Shown here: positions 7,118 to 19,170 of the stretch, one piece after another
How the letters are laid out: each line of letters starts with the position of its first letter
Position numbering within the stretch: position 1 is the first letter of the stretch
From: Clostridia bacterium
Lineage (GTDB): Bacteria > Bacillota > Clostridia > Oscillospirales > Acutalibacteraceae
Assembly (NCBI GenBank): GCA_017432165.1
Contig: JAFRJS010000084.1
Span: forward strand, 19,408-83,407
Direction: 5' to 3'
DNA length: 64,000 bases
Program-made: the position numbers and the translations under genes
The notes under the pieces: model-generated
Told to the model about the DNA's origin: nothing
Databases searched by the model: none
What the model saw: the letters and a program-made list of their open reading frames with translations, nothing else

Positions 7118-8227
7118 TTACATAATCTCCGAAATAATATAATTTGAAAGCAAAAAACCTTTTTCGGTAAGCTTTATTTCATCTTCAGCCGTAGTAACAA
7201 GGCCAAAACTTTCAAATTTTTTCGCTTTTTTAAAATACTTTTTCGGAATATCTTTGCCAAAAAAGGCTTTATATTCCCCGTTTTTAATACCCCATTTTGT
7301 GCGAAGAGCCAGCATTACAAATTCTTTTTCCGCTTCAAAGTTTTCTTCCTCTTTCACTTTGGGGTCATTTATAAATTTTTTTAAATCTTTTTCATAGTAA
7401 AATCTTTTTCCGCCAATCAAACTGTGTGCTGCCGGCCCAATGCCCAGATACTCATTTAATTTCCAGTATTTTAAATTGTGCTTACTTTCAAAGCCGCTTT
7501 TAGCAAAATTAGAAATCTCATAGTGGCTATACCCACTCTCATTTAAAAGCTTACAGGCATAAAGATAAATATCCGCCAACTTATCATCGCCGTAAAAATT
7601 TAATTTTTCTTTATTAAAATAATACGGCGTACCTTTTTCCACCTTTAAAATATACGCAGAAACATGAGGAATACTCATATCTTTGCAAAAATCGGCAAAG
7701 GTTTTTATATCCTCATATGTTTGTTCGGGGACGCCTAAAATCAAATCAAGAGAAATATTTTCTATCTTTGCGGATTTAATAATATCCACAGATTTAATTA
7801 TATCCTTCGCACCATGCCTACGCCCCAAAATTTTAAGCTGAGAGTCATTTAAAGACTGTGCACCGAGCGAAATTCTATTAACGCCCTCGGCTTTTAATTT
7901 TTCAAAATCAAGAAAAAAACAGTCGCCGGGGTTTACCTCCAGAGTGATTTCCGCGGTTTTTTTAACGTTAAAATTATTTTTTATAAAAGAAAGTATTTTT
8001 AAAATCTTTTCTGTGCCGATCACACTTGGCGTACCGCCGCCAAAATAAATCGTGTCCACATCTTTTTTTATCTTTTTGCCCCAATAATTTATCTGACTGC
8101 AAATTGAATTTACGTAACTATCTATTAAACTAATATCAGTTACAGAATAAAAGTCACAGTAAGGGCATTTACTTTTGCAAAAAGGCACATGAATATAAAC
8201 ACCAAGAGTATTATTTACCATATTCAT
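7118..8227 (-). CDS. hemW: Radical SAM HemN-like protein (heme chaperone HemW type)
   Basis: GVYIHVPFCKSKCPYCDFYS CxxxCxxC radical-SAM motif, 369 aa, conserved lepA-hemW synteny. Confidence 0.9.
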   Translation of the reverse strand: MNMVNNTLGVYIHVPFCKSKCPYCDFYSVTDISLIDSYVNSICSQINYWGKKIKKDVDTIYFGGGTPSVIGTEKILKILSFIKNNFNVKKTAEITLEVNPGDCFFLDFEKLKAEGVNRISLGAQSLNDSQLKILGRRHGAKDIIKSVDIIKSAKIENISLDLILGVPEQTYEDIKTFADFCKDMSIPHVSAYILKVEKGTPYYFNKEKLNFYGDDKLADIYLYACKLLNESGYSHYEISNFAKSGFESKHNLKYWKLNEYLGIGPAAHSLIGGKRFYYEKDLKKFINDPKVKEEENFEAEKEFVMLALRTKWGIKNGEYKAFFGKDIPKKYFKKAKKFESFGLVTTAEDEIKLTEKGFLLSNYIISEIM

Positions 8228-8249
8228 GCACCTACTTTTTTATTTTTTA

Positions 8250-10058
8250 TTAATCTTCGTCCAGCTTTAAAACGGACATAAACGCTTCTTGCGGAATTTC
8301 TACATTCCCCAGCTGACGCATGCGTTTTTTACCTTCTTTTTGCTTTTCTAAAAGCTTTTTCTTACGAGTAATATCGCCGCCATAGCATTTTGCCAAAACA
8401 TCTTTGCGCATTGCTTTAACTGTTTCTCTGGCAATAATTTTTCCGCCGATTGCCGCTTGAATCGGTATTTCAAATAATTGGCGCGGGATTTTTTCTTTTA
8501 ATTTTTCGGTCATTTTTCGTGCCCTTTGGTATGCTTTATCGCGGTGGATAATAAACGAAAGTGCGTCCACAACATCTCCGCCAATCATAACATCAAGTTT
8601 TACAAGGTTAGAAGATTCATAACCCGAAAACTCGTAATCAAACGAAGCATACCCTTTTGTGTTAGACTTTAACGCATCAAAAAAATCATAAACAATTTCA
8701 TTTAGCGGCAATTTATAATGAATATCCACACGCTCGGTATCGATATATTTCATATCAACATACACCCCACGGCGTTCCTGGCAAAGTTCCATTATTGCTC
8801 CGATATAACCCGAAGGCGCATATATGTGCGCATCAGTCATGGGTTCCAATGCATCTTCTATTGTGCCCGGGTTTGGGTAATTCGTAGGATTATCTATAAA
8901 TACCGTGCTGCCATCGGTTAATTTTATTTTATAAATAACGCTGGGGGCAGTGGTAATTAAATCTAAATTATATTCTCTTTCAAGCCTTTCTTCTATTATT
9001 TCCATATGAAGAAGCCCCAAAAATCCACACCTAAAACCAAAACCAAGTGCAGAAGATGTTTCCGGCTCATAAGAAAGTGCCGCATCACTTAATTTTAATT
9101 TTTCCAGCGCATCTTTTAAATCCCCATATTTTGAACCATCTAGCGGATAAATTCCACAAAAAACCATTGGGTTTACTTCTCGGTACCCCTCTAATGGCTC
9201 AGCAGCGGGGTTATTTTCCAGTGTAATTGTGTCGCCAACTTTGGCAGAACTCACTGTTTTTATCGATGCCGCAATATATCCCACTTCTCCTGCTGCTAAA
9301 CCTTCCAGCGGTTCTAAATGAGTGGCTTTTGAAAAACCGCATTCCGTAACTACAAACGATTCTCCACCGGCCATAAACTTGATTTTATCGCCCGGCTTAA
9401 CTTTGCCGTCAATAACTCTGACATAAACTATTACACCTTTATAAGCGTCATAGTAAGAATCAAAAATCAAAGCTTTAAGCGGCTTATTTTCTTCTCCTTT
9501 GGGTGGCGGAACATTTTTGACTATGCCTTCCAAAACGTCTTTCACGTTAAGGCCCGTTTTGGCGGAAACTTTTGGCGCTTCGTCACAAGGAATTCCAATT
9601 ACATCTTCAATTTCCTTGCAAACTCTTTCCGGATCGGCACTGGGGAGATCAACTTTATTAATAACCGGAATTATTTCCAGCCCGGCATCAAGCGCAAGAT
9701 AAGTATTTGCAAGGGTCTGCGCTTCTATTCCTTGAGAAGCGTCAACAACCAAAACAGCACCTTCGCATGCGGCAAGCGAACGCGACACTTCGTAATTAAA
9801 ATCCACATGCCCAGGTGTATCTATTAAATTAAAAAGGTATTCTTTACCGTTATCCGCAGTATAATAAAAACTTGCAGCGTGTGATTTTATAGTGATTCCA
9901 CGTTCTCTTTCCAAATCCATATTATCAAGAAGCTGGCTTTCCATTTCTCTTTTTGGCACAGCATTTGTAAGCTCCAAAATTCTGTCGGCAAGGGTGGATT
10001 TACCGTGGTCTATATGCGCTATTATACTAAAATTTCTTATATTTTCCTTTGATACCAT
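8250..10058 (-). CDS. lepA: Elongation factor 4
   Basis: [20 protein letters not shown]...DTPGHVDF...NKVDL GTPase motifs, 602 aa, and the characteristic LepA C-terminus. GAGGAG RBS before ATG 10058. Confidence 0.97.
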   Translation of the reverse strand: MVSKENIRNFSIIAHIDHGKSTLADRILELTNAVPKREMESQLLDNMDLERERGITIKSHAASFYYTADNGKEYLFNLIDTPGHVDFNYEVSRSLAACEGAVLVVDASQGIEAQTLANTYLALDAGLEIIPVINKVDLPSADPERVCKEIEDVIGIPCDEAPKVSAKTGLNVKDVLEGIVKNVPPPKGEENKPLKALIFDSYYDAYKGVIVYVRVIDGKVKPGDKIKFMAGGESFVVTECGFSKATHLEPLEGLAAGEVGYIAASIKTVSSAKVGDTITLENNPAAEPLEGYREVNPMVFCGIYPLDGSKYGDLKDALEKLKLSDAALSYEPETSSALGFGFRCGFLGLLHMEIIEERLEREYNLDLITTAPSVIYKIKLTDGSTVFIDNPTNYPNPGTIEDALEPMTDAHIYAPSGYIGAIMELCQERRGVYVDMKYIDTERVDIHYKLPLNEIVYDFFDALKSNTKGYASFDYEFSGYESSNLVKLDVMIGGDVVDALSFIIHRDKAYQRARKMTEKLKEKIPRQLFEIPIQAAIGGKIIARETVKAMRKDVLAKCYGGDITRKKKLLEKQKEGKKRMRQLGNVEIPQEAFMSVLKLDED

Positions 10059-11179
10059 TGTATCTCCTCTCTTGCCGAATTTTTACTCGGATAATTTTCC
10101 ATAATTTTTTTCAAAACATTTAAGTTATCATTTTGCCACCCTTTCAGCACCACTCCACGCTCTTTAACAAGCTGATTTTCAATCAAATTTACAACTTTTT
10201 CGGCAAAATATTTTTTGTCATTTTCGTCTTGAGCATCGGTAATAATATGGTTATAATTAAGGTCAAAAATTTTAGTAACCAGCCAATATGAACCTTTTTC
10301 AAAGCTATTAAAAAGTTCAAAATTATCCACAAGTTCCCGAGAAACGGCGATTGATGACGTAAGAATTTTTTTTGCGTTAAATTCTGTTACGGCCGACCCC
10401 GGACGATTTTTTCTGTAAAGATAAGAAACATTATCATCTTGCACCATTTTAGTTACATGCGGAAACAAAAGCAAATTAAAAAGTTGGTCTTCGTAGTTTG
10501 TTATTCCTTCTTTAAACCAAATATTATTATCTGTAATAAGTGATTTTTTATATACTTTGGTTACTATAAACCCGGCATTTTCCACCATGTTATAAAACGG
10601 ATTTTGCTTTTTTGACCTTTTGCAGACTTTAACTTTAGAATTATCATAAGAAAAGTCATCGGCGTTTATTTCTTCGCCGTCTATAAAAGTCTGAAGCTTA
10701 AATGCAGCAACACTAACATTATATTTTGTCAAATCTTCGTAAGCTTTTTCAAGAAAGTATGGCAAAAGTATGTCATCGGAATCAAAAAACGAAATATATT
10801 TTCCTTGTGCGGCTTTAATTCCCGTATTTCTTGCGGAAGACACACCTGCATTTCTTTGATTTATTATTTTTATGCGGCTGTCTTTGTCGGCGTGCTTTTT
10901 TAATATTTCAAGAGAGCTATCTTTTGAGCCGTCATTTACGCAAATGATTTCTATTTCTTTTAAAGTCTGATCTTCTACGCTGCAAAGGCACTCGTCAAGA
11001 TATTTTTCTGTATTATAAACCGGAATAATCACCGATATTTTATACGGGTATTCGGCGTTATCAATTTCCTCGGCTTCTTCGCTGTTTTCACCGATTTTTT
11101 TATTAATAATAAAAGCACCAACCACAAACATTATACACGCAATAAATATTAAAATATATCGTTTATTATTTATTCTCAT
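10037..11179 (-). CDS. Membrane-anchored family 2 glycosyltransferase
   Basis: N-terminal TM helix, then [18 protein letters not shown]...[11 protein letters not shown]...[12 protein letters not shown]...FFDSDD (GT2 DxD). The stop lies 22 nt inside lepA. Confidence 0.85.
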   Translation of the reverse strand: MRINNKRYILIFIACIMFVVGAFIINKKIGENSEEAEEIDNAEYPYKISVIIPVYNTEKYLDECLCSVEDQTLKEIEIICVNDGSKDSSLEILKKHADKDSRIKIINQRNAGVSSARNTGIKAAQGKYISFFDSDDILLPYFLEKAYEDLTKYNVSVAAFKLQTFIDGEEINADDFSYDNSKVKVCKRSKKQNPFYNMVENAGFIVTKVYKKSLITDNNIWFKEGITNYEDQLFNLLLFPHVTKMVQDDNVSYLYRKNRPGSAVTEFNAKKILTSSIAVSRELVDNFELFNSFEKGSYWLVTKIFDLNYNHIITDAQDENDKKYFAEKVVNLIENQLVKERGVVLKGWQNDNLNVLKKIMENYPSKNSAREEIQWYQRKI

Positions 11180-11219
11180 GTTTTTGCTCTCCCTGTTTTT
11201 TTTAACTTAAAATGAAAAT

Positions 11220-12206
11220 CTAATAAACATCAAGGATTTCCCTGGCCAGTTTGTTTTTAATTTCTTCATCTTTAACTTCTTCGTTTATATATTTTTCTAC
11301 CTCTATGAATTCCTCTAAAAACATCAAATCATGCTCATATATACCAAGATTATGAAAATCTTTAAGCAGATATTTATTTGCTTTAATGGTTGATTCCATC
11401 TTTTTTTGCATCTTTGTGGAATTAACAATGGAGTTTTGATTATCTGTTCTGTAATAATAAAACTTATTTGGGCAATCCATTATTTTATTTGCTCTTACAA
11501 AAGCCATTAAAGTAAACACATGATCTTCTGCAAAAACAACATCTTCTTTAAAAAATATTTCATTATCCAGCAATAATTCTCTTTTAAATATTTTATCCCA
11601 CACCGCCGGATGACTGTTTTTATATGCCGCCATAAAATTAGAATGATTATAAGAATTACACTGCGAAATTTTTATATTTTGCGGCACTTCCTCGTCTTCC
11701 TCCGTCCTATATTTATAAACAAAAACATCGGGATTTTCTTTAAGTATCACGTCCATACACGATTTATATGTACAGCTTTCTATGTAGTCATCAGCATCCA
11801 CAAAGGTTATATATTCCCCTTTTGCACTGCGAATACCATTGTTCCTGGCTGCGGAAACACCCGCATTTTCTTGGTCTATTATCCTTATGCGGTTATCGTT
11901 TGCGGCGTGTCTTTTTAATACGTCAATAGAATTATCTTTTGAGCCGTCATTTACGCAGATTATTTCTATTTCCTTTAAAGTTTGATTTTCTACGCTGTCA
12001 AGACATGTATCTAAGTATCTTCCCGCATTATAAACCGGAATAATTACCGACATTTTATACGGGTAATCGGCATTATCTACATTATCATTCAAACTACTGT
12101 TCGCACCGCTATTTTGCCCAAAATTTTTATTAATAAAAAACGCACCTATTGCAACAACTATAAGTGAAATAAATATTAGAGCATACTTTTTAATATTTGT
12201 TCTCAT
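11220..12206 (-). CDS. Membrane-anchored family 2 glycosyltransferase (tandem paralog)
   Basis: [18 protein letters not shown]...[11 protein letters not shown]...NAGVSAARNNGI...FVDADD. Start moved to ATG 12206, preceded by GGGGGAAAAT. Confidence 0.85.
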   Translation of the reverse strand: MRTNIKKYALIFISLIVVAIGAFFINKNFGQNSGANSSLNDNVDNADYPYKMSVIIPVYNAGRYLDTCLDSVENQTLKEIEIICVNDGSKDNSIDVLKRHAANDNRIRIIDQENAGVSAARNNGIRSAKGEYITFVDADDYIESCTYKSCMDVILKENPDVFVYKYRTEEDEEVPQNIKISQCNSYNHSNFMAAYKNSHPAVWDKIFKRELLLDNEIFFKEDVVFAEDHVFTLMAFVRANKIMDCPNKFYYYRTDNQNSIVNSTKMQKKMESTIKANKYLLKDFHNLGIYEHDLMFLEEFIEVEKYINEEVKDEEIKNKLAREILDVY

Positions 12207-12228
12207 ATTTTCCCCCAAACACCTTAAA

Positions 12229-14316
12229 TTAATCGTTAAATTCCTTCATTGAAAGATTAATTCTGCCTTTTGAATCAATTTCAGTTATAACAACAGTTAC
12301 TTCATCGCCAACGGACAAAACATCAGAAACTTTGTTTATACGCCTTTTAGCAATCTGAGAAATATGACAAAGCCCTTCTTTTCCGGGTAAAAACTCAATA
12401 AATGCACCAAAATCCATAATTCTGATAACTTTTCCCTTATAAACCGCACCAACTGCAGGCTCAATTACTATATTTCTTATAATATTTAAAGCCTGCTGAC
12501 AGTTATAAGTGTCCAGCCCAAGAATAAATATTTTTCCGTCATCTTCAATATCAATCTTAACTTCATAATCTGCAGAAATTTTTTGAACAATTTTTCCGCC
12601 GGGTCCGATTACATCTCTTATTTTATCTATCGGAATTGAAGTTGTTAACACCTTCGGAGCATATTTGGAAAGCTCTTTTCTCGGCTCCGGAATTGCTTTA
12701 AGCATTACTTCGTCAAGTATATAATTTCTTGCTTTGTGAGTTTTTTCCAGTGCTTCTTTAATTATTTCTTTAGTAAGCCCGTGAATTTTAAGGTCCATTT
12801 GAATCGCCGTAATACCCTTGTGAGTACCTGCAACTTTAAAATCCATATCTCCAAAAAAGTCCTCAAGCCCTTGAATATCAACCATTGTCATAAACCTATC
12901 ACCCTCAGTGATAAGCCCACAAGAAATACCGGCAACAGGTGCTTTAATCGGCACACCTGCGTCCATTAACGCAAGAGTTGAACCGCAAACGGAAGCCTGC
13001 GAAGTTGAACCGTTAGAAGAAAGAACCTCCGAAACCAAACGCAAAGCATACGGGAATTCCTCAACGGACGGAATTACCGGCACAAGTGCTTTTTCGGCCA
13101 GCGCACCATGCCCGATTTCACGCCTGCCCGGCCCTCTGCTTGGCCTTGTTTCTCCAACTGAATAAGACGGGAAATTATAATGATGCATATATCGTTTTGA
13201 TTCTTCGCTGTCTATACCGTCCAAAATTTGCTCATCGCTCACCGGTCCTAACGTAAGAGCCGTTAAAACTTGCGTTTGCCCTCTGGTAAACATTCCTGAA
13301 CCATGCACTCTGGGAAGAAGCCCAACTTGTGCGTCAAGAGGCCTCATTTCGTCCATTTTACGTCCATCTACACGTTTTTGCTCGTCAAGAAGCCATCTTC
13401 TTACCACATATTTTTGGGTTTTGTAAAGGCATTCATCAATTTGTTTTTCGCATTCGGGGTAAATTTCATCGAATTTTTCATGAACTTTTTTATAGATCGG
13501 ATCTAAACGCTCATCTCGAATATTTTTGTCGTTTGTATAAAGAGCTGTTTTAATATCTTCAATGGAAAATTTCTTGATTTCTTCATACATTTCTTCAGAC
13601 GGCTCAGCGCTTTCGTAAGTGAATTTTTCTTTGCCTATTTGATCTTTTATTTCTTTTATGAACTTAATTACTTCTTTGTTTGCCTCGTGAGCTTTTAAAA
13701 TAGCTTCATACATTTTTTCGTCGGAAACTTCGTTTGCACCGGCTTCAATCATCGGGATTAAATTCTCCGTTGAAGCAACGGTAAGCGCCAAATCAGATTT
13801 TTTTCTTTCTTCGGCAGTTGGATTTATGATTATTTCTCCATCAACAAGCCCTACAAAAACTCCGGAAATAGGACCATCCCACGGAACATCAGAAATGCTT
13901 ATTGCAATAGAAGCGCCAATCATTGCAGCTATCTCAGGCGAACAATCTTCGTCAACCGACATAACCGTACATACAATAGACACGTCATTTCTCATATCTT
14001 TAGGAAACAGCGGTCTAATTGGTCTATCGATAACCCTTGAAGCAAGAATTGCTTTTTCAGAGGGTTTTCCTTCTCTTTTGGAAAACGAACCGGGAATTTT
14101 GCCAACCGAATAAAGTCTTTCTTCAAAATCCACAGAAAGCGGGAAAAAATCAATACCGTCTCTTGGCTTTTTTGAAGCGGTTACTGCCACGTTTACACAT
14201 GTTTCGCCGTATCTTACCATACAGGTTCCGTTTGCAAGCTGCGCAAATTTTCCTGTTTCTACCACTAAATCTCTTCCTGCAAGTTTGGTTTTAAATACCT
14301 TGTAATTCTCAAACAT
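12229..14316 (-). CDS. pnp: Polyribonucleotide nucleotidyltransferase (PNPase)
   Basis: About 695 aa with two RNase PH domains plus KH and S1 (GKVIRIMDFGAFIEF). Start moved to Met8 (ATG 14316), preceded by GGAGGAAGTTA. Confidence 0.96.
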   Translation of the reverse strand: MFENYKVFKTKLAGRDLVVETGKFAQLANGTCMVRYGETCVNVAVTASKKPRDGIDFFPLSVDFEERLYSVGKIPGSFSKREGKPSEKAILASRVIDRPIRPLFPKDMRNDVSIVCTVMSVDEDCSPEIAAMIGASIAISISDVPWDGPISGVFVGLVDGEIIINPTAEERKKSDLALTVASTENLIPMIEAGANEVSDEKMYEAILKAHEANKEVIKFIKEIKDQIGKEKFTYESAEPSEEMYEEIKKFSIEDIKTALYTNDKNIRDERLDPIYKKVHEKFDEIYPECEKQIDECLYKTQKYVVRRWLLDEQKRVDGRKMDEMRPLDAQVGLLPRVHGSGMFTRGQTQVLTALTLGPVSDEQILDGIDSEESKRYMHHYNFPSYSVGETRPSRGPGRREIGHGALAEKALVPVIPSVEEFPYALRLVSEVLSSNGSTSQASVCGSTLALMDAGVPIKAPVAGISCGLITEGDRFMTMVDIQGLEDFFGDMDFKVAGTHKGITAIQMDLKIHGLTKEIIKEALEKTHKARNYILDEVMLKAIPEPRKELSKYAPKVLTTSIPIDKIRDVIGPGGKIVQKISADYEVKIDIEDDGKIFILGLDTYNCQQALNIIRNIVIEPAVGAVYKGKVIRIMDFGAFIEFLPGKEGLCHISQIAKRRINKVSDVLSVGDEVTVVITEIDSKGRINLSMKEFND

Positions 14317-14437
14317 TAACTTCCTCCATAATTTCATTAATCCTTTTATTATTTACCACATTCTATTATATACCATTTAAAAAATAAAATAATTATATTT
14401 TTCAAAAAAATTTATTTTTTTATCATATGATTTGTAT

Positions 14438-14470
14438 AAAAAAACAAGTAGCCAAATTTTTGACCACTTG
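14438..14470 (-). terminator. Rho-independent terminator after rpsO (in the pnp leader)
   Basis: Minus strand CAAGUGGUCAAA..UUUGGCUACUUG stem (two G-U pairs) followed by UUUUUUUAUAC. Confidence 0.65.
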
Positions 14471-14491
14471 TATAGCAAATATTTTTGAAAA

Positions 14492-14758
14492 TTATTTACG
14501 AATTCCCAATTTTTCAATAATTGCTCTGTATCTTTCAATATCTTTTTTAATTAAATAGTTAAGCAAGTTTCTTCTTTTACCAACCATAATTAAAAGCCCT
14601 CTTCTAGAATGGTGATCTTTTTTGTGAATTTTTAAGTGTTCTGTAAGATCATTAATTCTTTTTGTAAGAAGAGCAATTTGCACTTCAGGTGAACCTGTAT
14701 CCCCTTCATGCCTTGAATGGTTACCGATAATAGTAGTTTTTTCTTCTTTTAATAACAT
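14492..14758 (-). CDS. rpsO: 30S ribosomal protein uS15
   Basis: 88 aa. [38 protein letters not shown] is the S15 signature. rpsO-pnp synteny. Confidence 0.96.
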   Translation of the reverse strand: MLLKEEKTTIIGNHSRHEGDTGSPEVQIALLTKRINDLTEHLKIHKKDHHSRRGLLIMVGKRRNLLNYLIKKDIERYRAIIEKLGIRK

Positions 14759-14881
14759 GTTTTACACCTCTCTAAATTTACCCTTAATGCAATTTTTGCA
14801 GCAATCTCAGAACTCAATCCAAGAAAGGGGGTACTAGAATTAAATTATATCATACTTTTTTAAAAATGTAAACAATTTAAA

Positions 14882-16990
14882 TTATAATAAATGGAATGCT
14901 ATGGTGAGTCCTGCAAAAACTATTGAAACCATAGAAGTAAGTTTAATTAAAATATTAATTGCAGGGCCGGAAGTATCTTTAAACGGATCTCCTACAGTAT
15001 CCCCAACAACAGCGGCTTTATGGCAATCTGAACCTTTTCCACCAAAATTTCCTGCTTCTATGTGTTTTTTTGCATTGTCCCATGCACCGCCAGCATTAGA
15101 CATCATTACAGCCAAAACAAAACCTGTAATTGTTGTGCCTGCCAAAAATCCAGCTACACCGTTAACTCCCAAAACGAGTCCCACGGCAATTGGAACTATT
15201 ACAGCTAAAATAGCCGGTAAAATCATAAGTTTTTGAGAAGAACGTGTGCAAAGATCTACACAAGAACCGTAATCAGGTTCGGCTGTTCCTTCAAGAAGCC
15301 CAGCTATTGATTTAAACTGGCGTCTTACTTCAAGCACTATGCTTTGAGCTGCTTTTCCAACCGCTTCCATAGTAAGTGCGGCAAAAAGGAATGGTATCAT
15401 CGCACCAATAAACAATCCCACTAAAACAGGAGGATTTGTAATATTTAAATTAAATACTGTTTTTGGTGATAAAAGTTTAACTTCTGAAATATATGCTGCG
15501 ATAAGTGCTAATGCCGTAAGCGCAGCAGAACCTATTGCAAAACCTTTTCCGGTCGCTGCGGTTGTATTTCCTAGGGAATCAAGAGCGTCTGTTCTTTCGC
15601 GAACTTCTTCGCCCATTTCTGCCATTTCGGCAATTCCGCCCGCATTATCTGCAATCGGACCATACGCATCTGTGGCAAGTGTAATTCCAAGTGTTGAAAG
15701 CATTCCCACTGCTGCAACGCCAATTCCATAAAGCCCACGGTTAAATCCTAAAATATTATCAACAGTGCCTCCGCAAGCGAAAAAGCTTATAAGAACAGCT
15801 GCTCCGACTATAATAACAGGCCAAACTGTGGAACTCATTCCGAGAGAAAGTCCTCCGATAATAACAGTTGCAGAACCGGTTTCGGAAGTTTTTGAAAGCG
15901 CTTTGGTTGGTTTATATGTATCGGAAGTATAAAATTCGGTTGTAAATCCGATAAGCACACCGGAAATAAGGCCGGCAATAACCGCATAAAACACGCCCAT
16001 ATATTGCGGGAGTAAATTTTTTATTACAAAATATGAAGAAACAGCAATAACTCCTGCACTGATATATGTACCTAAACGAAGTGATTTTAAAAGATTTTTT
16101 TGAGTTGCGTTTTCTTTAGTTTTAACAAAAAATGTACCAAAAATTGAAGCAATTACGCCAAGTGCTGCCAAAAGCATCGGCACAGCCATACCTTTCATTC
16201 CAAGGCCTGCGCTGACTGCCAAAGCACTTGTGGAAACAATAGACCCAACGTAAGATTCATAAAGGTCTGCACCCATTCCGGCTACGTCGCCAACGTTATC
16301 TCCAACATTATCGGCTATAACTGCAGGGTTCCTTGGATCGTCTTCCGGAATACCGGCTTCAACCTTGCCGACTAAATCTGCTCCAACGTCTGCTGCTTTA
16401 GTGAATATTCCGCCGCCAACTCTTGCAAAAAGTGCCATACATGATGCGCCCATACCAAAAGTAAGCATATTTGAAGTAATATTTTGAATCATCAAATTTT
16501 CGCTCTTTATAACTTCAACGGAAGTGTACCAATATCTCAAAAAGAAATACCAAATGGATAAATCCAAAAGTCCAAGTCCTACAACCACAAATCCCATAAC
16601 TGCGCCGGCTGAAAAAGCCACTCTAAGGCCTTTGTTAAGACCTTTTTCCGCAGCTGCAGCTGTTCTGGCATTTGCCATTGTTGCGGTTTTCATACCAATA
16701 AATCCCGAAAGCGCTGAGAAAAATCCCCCGGTTAAAAATGCAAACGGAACAAAATGGTTTAAATATCCAAAAAATGAAAGTCCAAGTAAAACTAAAAACA
16801 CAACACCAAAGAATGCCGCAACACCTTTATACTGGCGTTTCAGGTAAGCATCAGCGCCTCTTCTTATGGCGCTTGCTATTTTTTTCATTCTATCGGTTCC
16901 TTCTGAACTACTGCGGACTTTATTAAATAAAAAGCTTGCGAAACAAAGAGAAATTAATGAGCCAATTGCTACAAATAACATTAAATCCAT
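14882..16990 (-). CDS. hppA: Membrane-bound ion-translocating pyrophosphatase
   Basis: 702 aa, polytopic. GGGIFTKAADVGADLVGKVE and DNVGDNVGDVAGMGADL motifs are typical of H+/Na+-PPases. Confidence 0.95.
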   Translation of the reverse strand: MDLMLFVAIGSLISLCFASFLFNKVRSSSEGTDRMKKIASAIRRGADAYLKRQYKGVAAFFGVVFLVLLGLSFFGYLNHFVPFAFLTGGFFSALSGFIGMKTATMANARTAAAAEKGLNKGLRVAFSAGAVMGFVVVGLGLLDLSIWYFFLRYWYTSVEVIKSENLMIQNITSNMLTFGMGASCMALFARVGGGIFTKAADVGADLVGKVEAGIPEDDPRNPAVIADNVGDNVGDVAGMGADLYESYVGSIVSTSALAVSAGLGMKGMAVPMLLAALGVIASIFGTFFVKTKENATQKNLLKSLRLGTYISAGVIAVSSYFVIKNLLPQYMGVFYAVIAGLISGVLIGFTTEFYTSDTYKPTKALSKTSETGSATVIIGGLSLGMSSTVWPVIIVGAAVLISFFACGGTVDNILGFNRGLYGIGVAAVGMLSTLGITLATDAYGPIADNAGGIAEMAEMGEEVRERTDALDSLGNTTAATGKGFAIGSAALTALALIAAYISEVKLLSPKTVFNLNITNPPVLVGLFIGAMIPFLFAALTMEAVGKAAQSIVLEVRRQFKSIAGLLEGTAEPDYGSCVDLCTRSSQKLMILPAILAVIVPIAVGLVLGVNGVAGFLAGTTITGFVLAVMMSNAGGAWDNAKKHIEAGNFGGKGSDCHKAAVVGDTVGDPFKDTSGPAINILIKLTSMVSIVFAGLTIAFHLL

Positions 16991-17121
16991 AATTTTAATG
17001 AGTTACTGCTTAAAACTTAAGCACAAAACTCTGCTTCCCGCCTTTCTTAATCCTTAATATTTTTTAAAATATTTTTTGCCTATGCCAAAACCCACTTGGA
17101 CATAGGCGTTTTAATTTTTAA

Positions 17122-17463
17122 TTAAAGAAGTTCAATAATTGCCATTTCTGCGCCATCTCCACGTCTTGGGCCGAGTTTTGTTATTCTTGTGTAACCACCA
17201 TTTTTATCGGCGTATTTAGGAGAAATTTTTTCAAAAAGATTTCTGGCAACATCTTTTTTAGTAATAAATGAAAAAGCCATACGTTTATTATGAAGGCTGT
17301 TAACTTTTCCGATTGTAATCATCTTTTCAGCCAAAGAACGCACTTCTTTGGCACGTGTTACGGTTGTTTCAATTTTTCCGTGTTCCAAAAGAAAAGTTAC
17401 GAGCGCTCTTAGCATTGCAAGTCTGTGAGCGGTTGCTCTACCAAGTTTTCTTTTACCTGACAT
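17122..17463 (-). CDS. rplQ: 50S ribosomal protein bL17
   Basis: [21 protein letters not shown]... Start moved to ATG 17463, preceded by AAGGAGG. Last gene of the alpha operon. Confidence 0.95.
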   Translation of the reverse strand: MSGKRKLGRATAHRLAMLRALVTFLLEHGKIETTVTRAKEVRSLAEKMITIGKVNSLHNKRMAFSFITKKDVARNLFEKISPKYADKNGGYTRITKLGPRRGDGAEMAIIELL

Positions 17464-17487
17464 GTTTTTACCTCCTTTTATAATCAA

Positions 17488-18441
17488 TTATTCGCATATT
17501 TTTGCAAATTCTAATCCCATTGAGCGTAATTTTTCAATTACTTCATCAAGCGATTTTCTGCCCAAATTTCTTACTTTCATCATTTCGTCTTCTGTTTTAC
17601 TGGTTAAATCTTTAACTGTGTTAATTCCAGCTCTTTTTAAACAGTTATACGACCTTACGGAAAGTTCAAGTTCATCGATGCTTACATCTAAATTTGCAGG
17701 AGCAACATCATTGGTTTTTTCAACCATTAGATTTGTATTTTCGGCAACTTCTGAAAGGCACACAAAAAGATTAAGATGCTCAATAAGAATTTTTGCCGCC
17801 AATGAAACTGCTTCTTCCGCACTAACCACGCCGTTTGTCCAAACTTCCAAACAAAGTTTGTCGTAGTCGGTAATTTGGCCGACACGTGTGTTTTCAACGC
17901 TGTAATTCACTTTTACAACAGGCGTATAGATTGAATCCACGGCTAAAACTCCAATTTCAAGATTGGGGTTGTTTGCTTTGTGTCTTTCAAGCGATACATA
18001 TCCTCTGCCTTTGTCAATAGTTATTTCCATATGAAGTTTTGCGCCGTCGCCCAAAGTTGCTATATGACAATCCGGATTAATTATTTCCACGTCGCTGTCG
18101 TGTATAATCATTCCGGCAGTTACATCGCATGGGCCAACAGCATCTATCTCAACCACTTTTGAATCCTCGTTATGAATTTTTGCCAAAAGGCTTTTTACGT
18201 TTAAAACTATTTCGGTAACGTCTTCTTTTACGCCCGGTATAGTTGAAAACTCATGCATAACGCCGTCAATTTTCACACTGCTTGGTGCAATTCCCGGCAA
18301 AGAGGAAAGAAGCACTCTTCTTAAGCTGTTACCCAGAGTATTTCCAAATCCTCTTTCAAGCGGTTCTACCACAAATTTACCATAATTTTTATCCTCAGAT
18401 TCTTCCTGGAGAGTAATCTTTGGTTTTTCAATTTCAATCAT
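17488..18441 (-). CDS. rpoA: DNA-directed RNA polymerase alpha subunit
   Basis: 317 aa. [28 protein letters not shown]-terminal domain and [18 protein letters not shown]-terminal domain. Confidence 0.97.
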   Translation of the reverse strand: MIEIEKPKITLQEESEDKNYGKFVVEPLERGFGNTLGNSLRRVLLSSLPGIAPSSVKIDGVMHEFSTIPGVKEDVTEIVLNVKSLLAKIHNEDSKVVEIDAVGPCDVTAGMIIHDSDVEIINPDCHIATLGDGAKLHMEITIDKGRGYVSLERHKANNPNLEIGVLAVDSIYTPVVKVNYSVENTRVGQITDYDKLCLEVWTNGVVSAEEAVSLAAKILIEHLNLFVCLSEVAENTNLMVEKTNDVAPANLDVSIDELELSVRSYNCLKRAGINTVKDLTSKTEDEMMKVRNLGRKSLDEVIEKLRSMGLEFAKICE

Positions 18442-18516
18442 TATATCCTCCTTGACATTATAAAAACTAATGAAATAAAATCCAAATAAACAACATTTAA
18501 AAAATTCGTACCAATA

Positions 18517-19146
18517 TTATTTGGAGTACAATTCAACGATAAGGGTTTCTTCAACGTCAAGATCGATATCTTCTCTTGCCGGCATAGCTAATTTCTTAGC
18601 TTCGAATTTTTCGCTATTTAGTTCAAGCCATTTTGGAACGATTCTTGAACTATTAGCTTCAATAACAGATTTAATTTTTGCGTTATCTCTTGATTTTTCA
18701 TCAATACTAATAACGTCGCCAACTTTTACGAGTAAAGAAGGTATGTTAGCTTTGTGACCATTTACATTAAAATGTTTATGAACAACTAATTGCCTTGCTT
18801 CTGCTCTTGAACTTGCCCAACCCAAACGATAAACAACGTTATCTAAACGTGATTCAAGGATTGCGAGTAAGTTTTCGCCTTTTTTACCTTCTTTAATTTT
18901 AGTAGCTAAATCAAAATAATGAGCAAATTGTTTTTCTAAAACTCCGTAGTAACGTCTTGCTTTTTGTTTTGCACGTAATTGAAGACCGTATTCAGAGTAT
19001 TTTTTCCTTGCTTGACCGTGTTGCCCGGGTGCATATGAACGTCTTGAAATTGCACATTTACCCGAATAACATCTTTCGCCTTTCAAAAAAAGTTTTTGCC
19101 CTTCTCTGCGGCAAAGTCTGCACACAGCTCCTGTATATCTTGCCAT
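18517..19146 (-). CDS. rpsD: 30S ribosomal protein uS4 (Zn-ribbon form)
   Basis: [32 protein letters not shown]..., 209 aa. Confidence 0.97.
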   Translation of the reverse strand: MARYTGAVCRLCRREGQKLFLKGERCYSGKCAISRRSYAPGQHGQARKKYSEYGLQLRAKQKARRYYGVLEKQFAHYFDLATKIKEGKKGENLLAILESRLDNVVYRLGWASSRAEARQLVVHKHFNVNGHKANIPSLLVKVGDVISIDEKSRDNAKIKSVIEANSSRIVPKWLELNSEKFEAKKLAMPAREDIDLDVEETLIVELYSK

Positions 19147-19170
19147 ACTATAATTACACCTCCTTATTAA

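Noticed and set aside
17077-17110. Hairpin GCCTATG...CATAGGC downstream of rplQ as the alpha-operon terminator
   Set aside because: On the minus (transcribed) strand the stem is followed by an A-run, not a U-run. The T-rich tract is on the plus-strand side, where no gene ends. It was therefore left uncalled.
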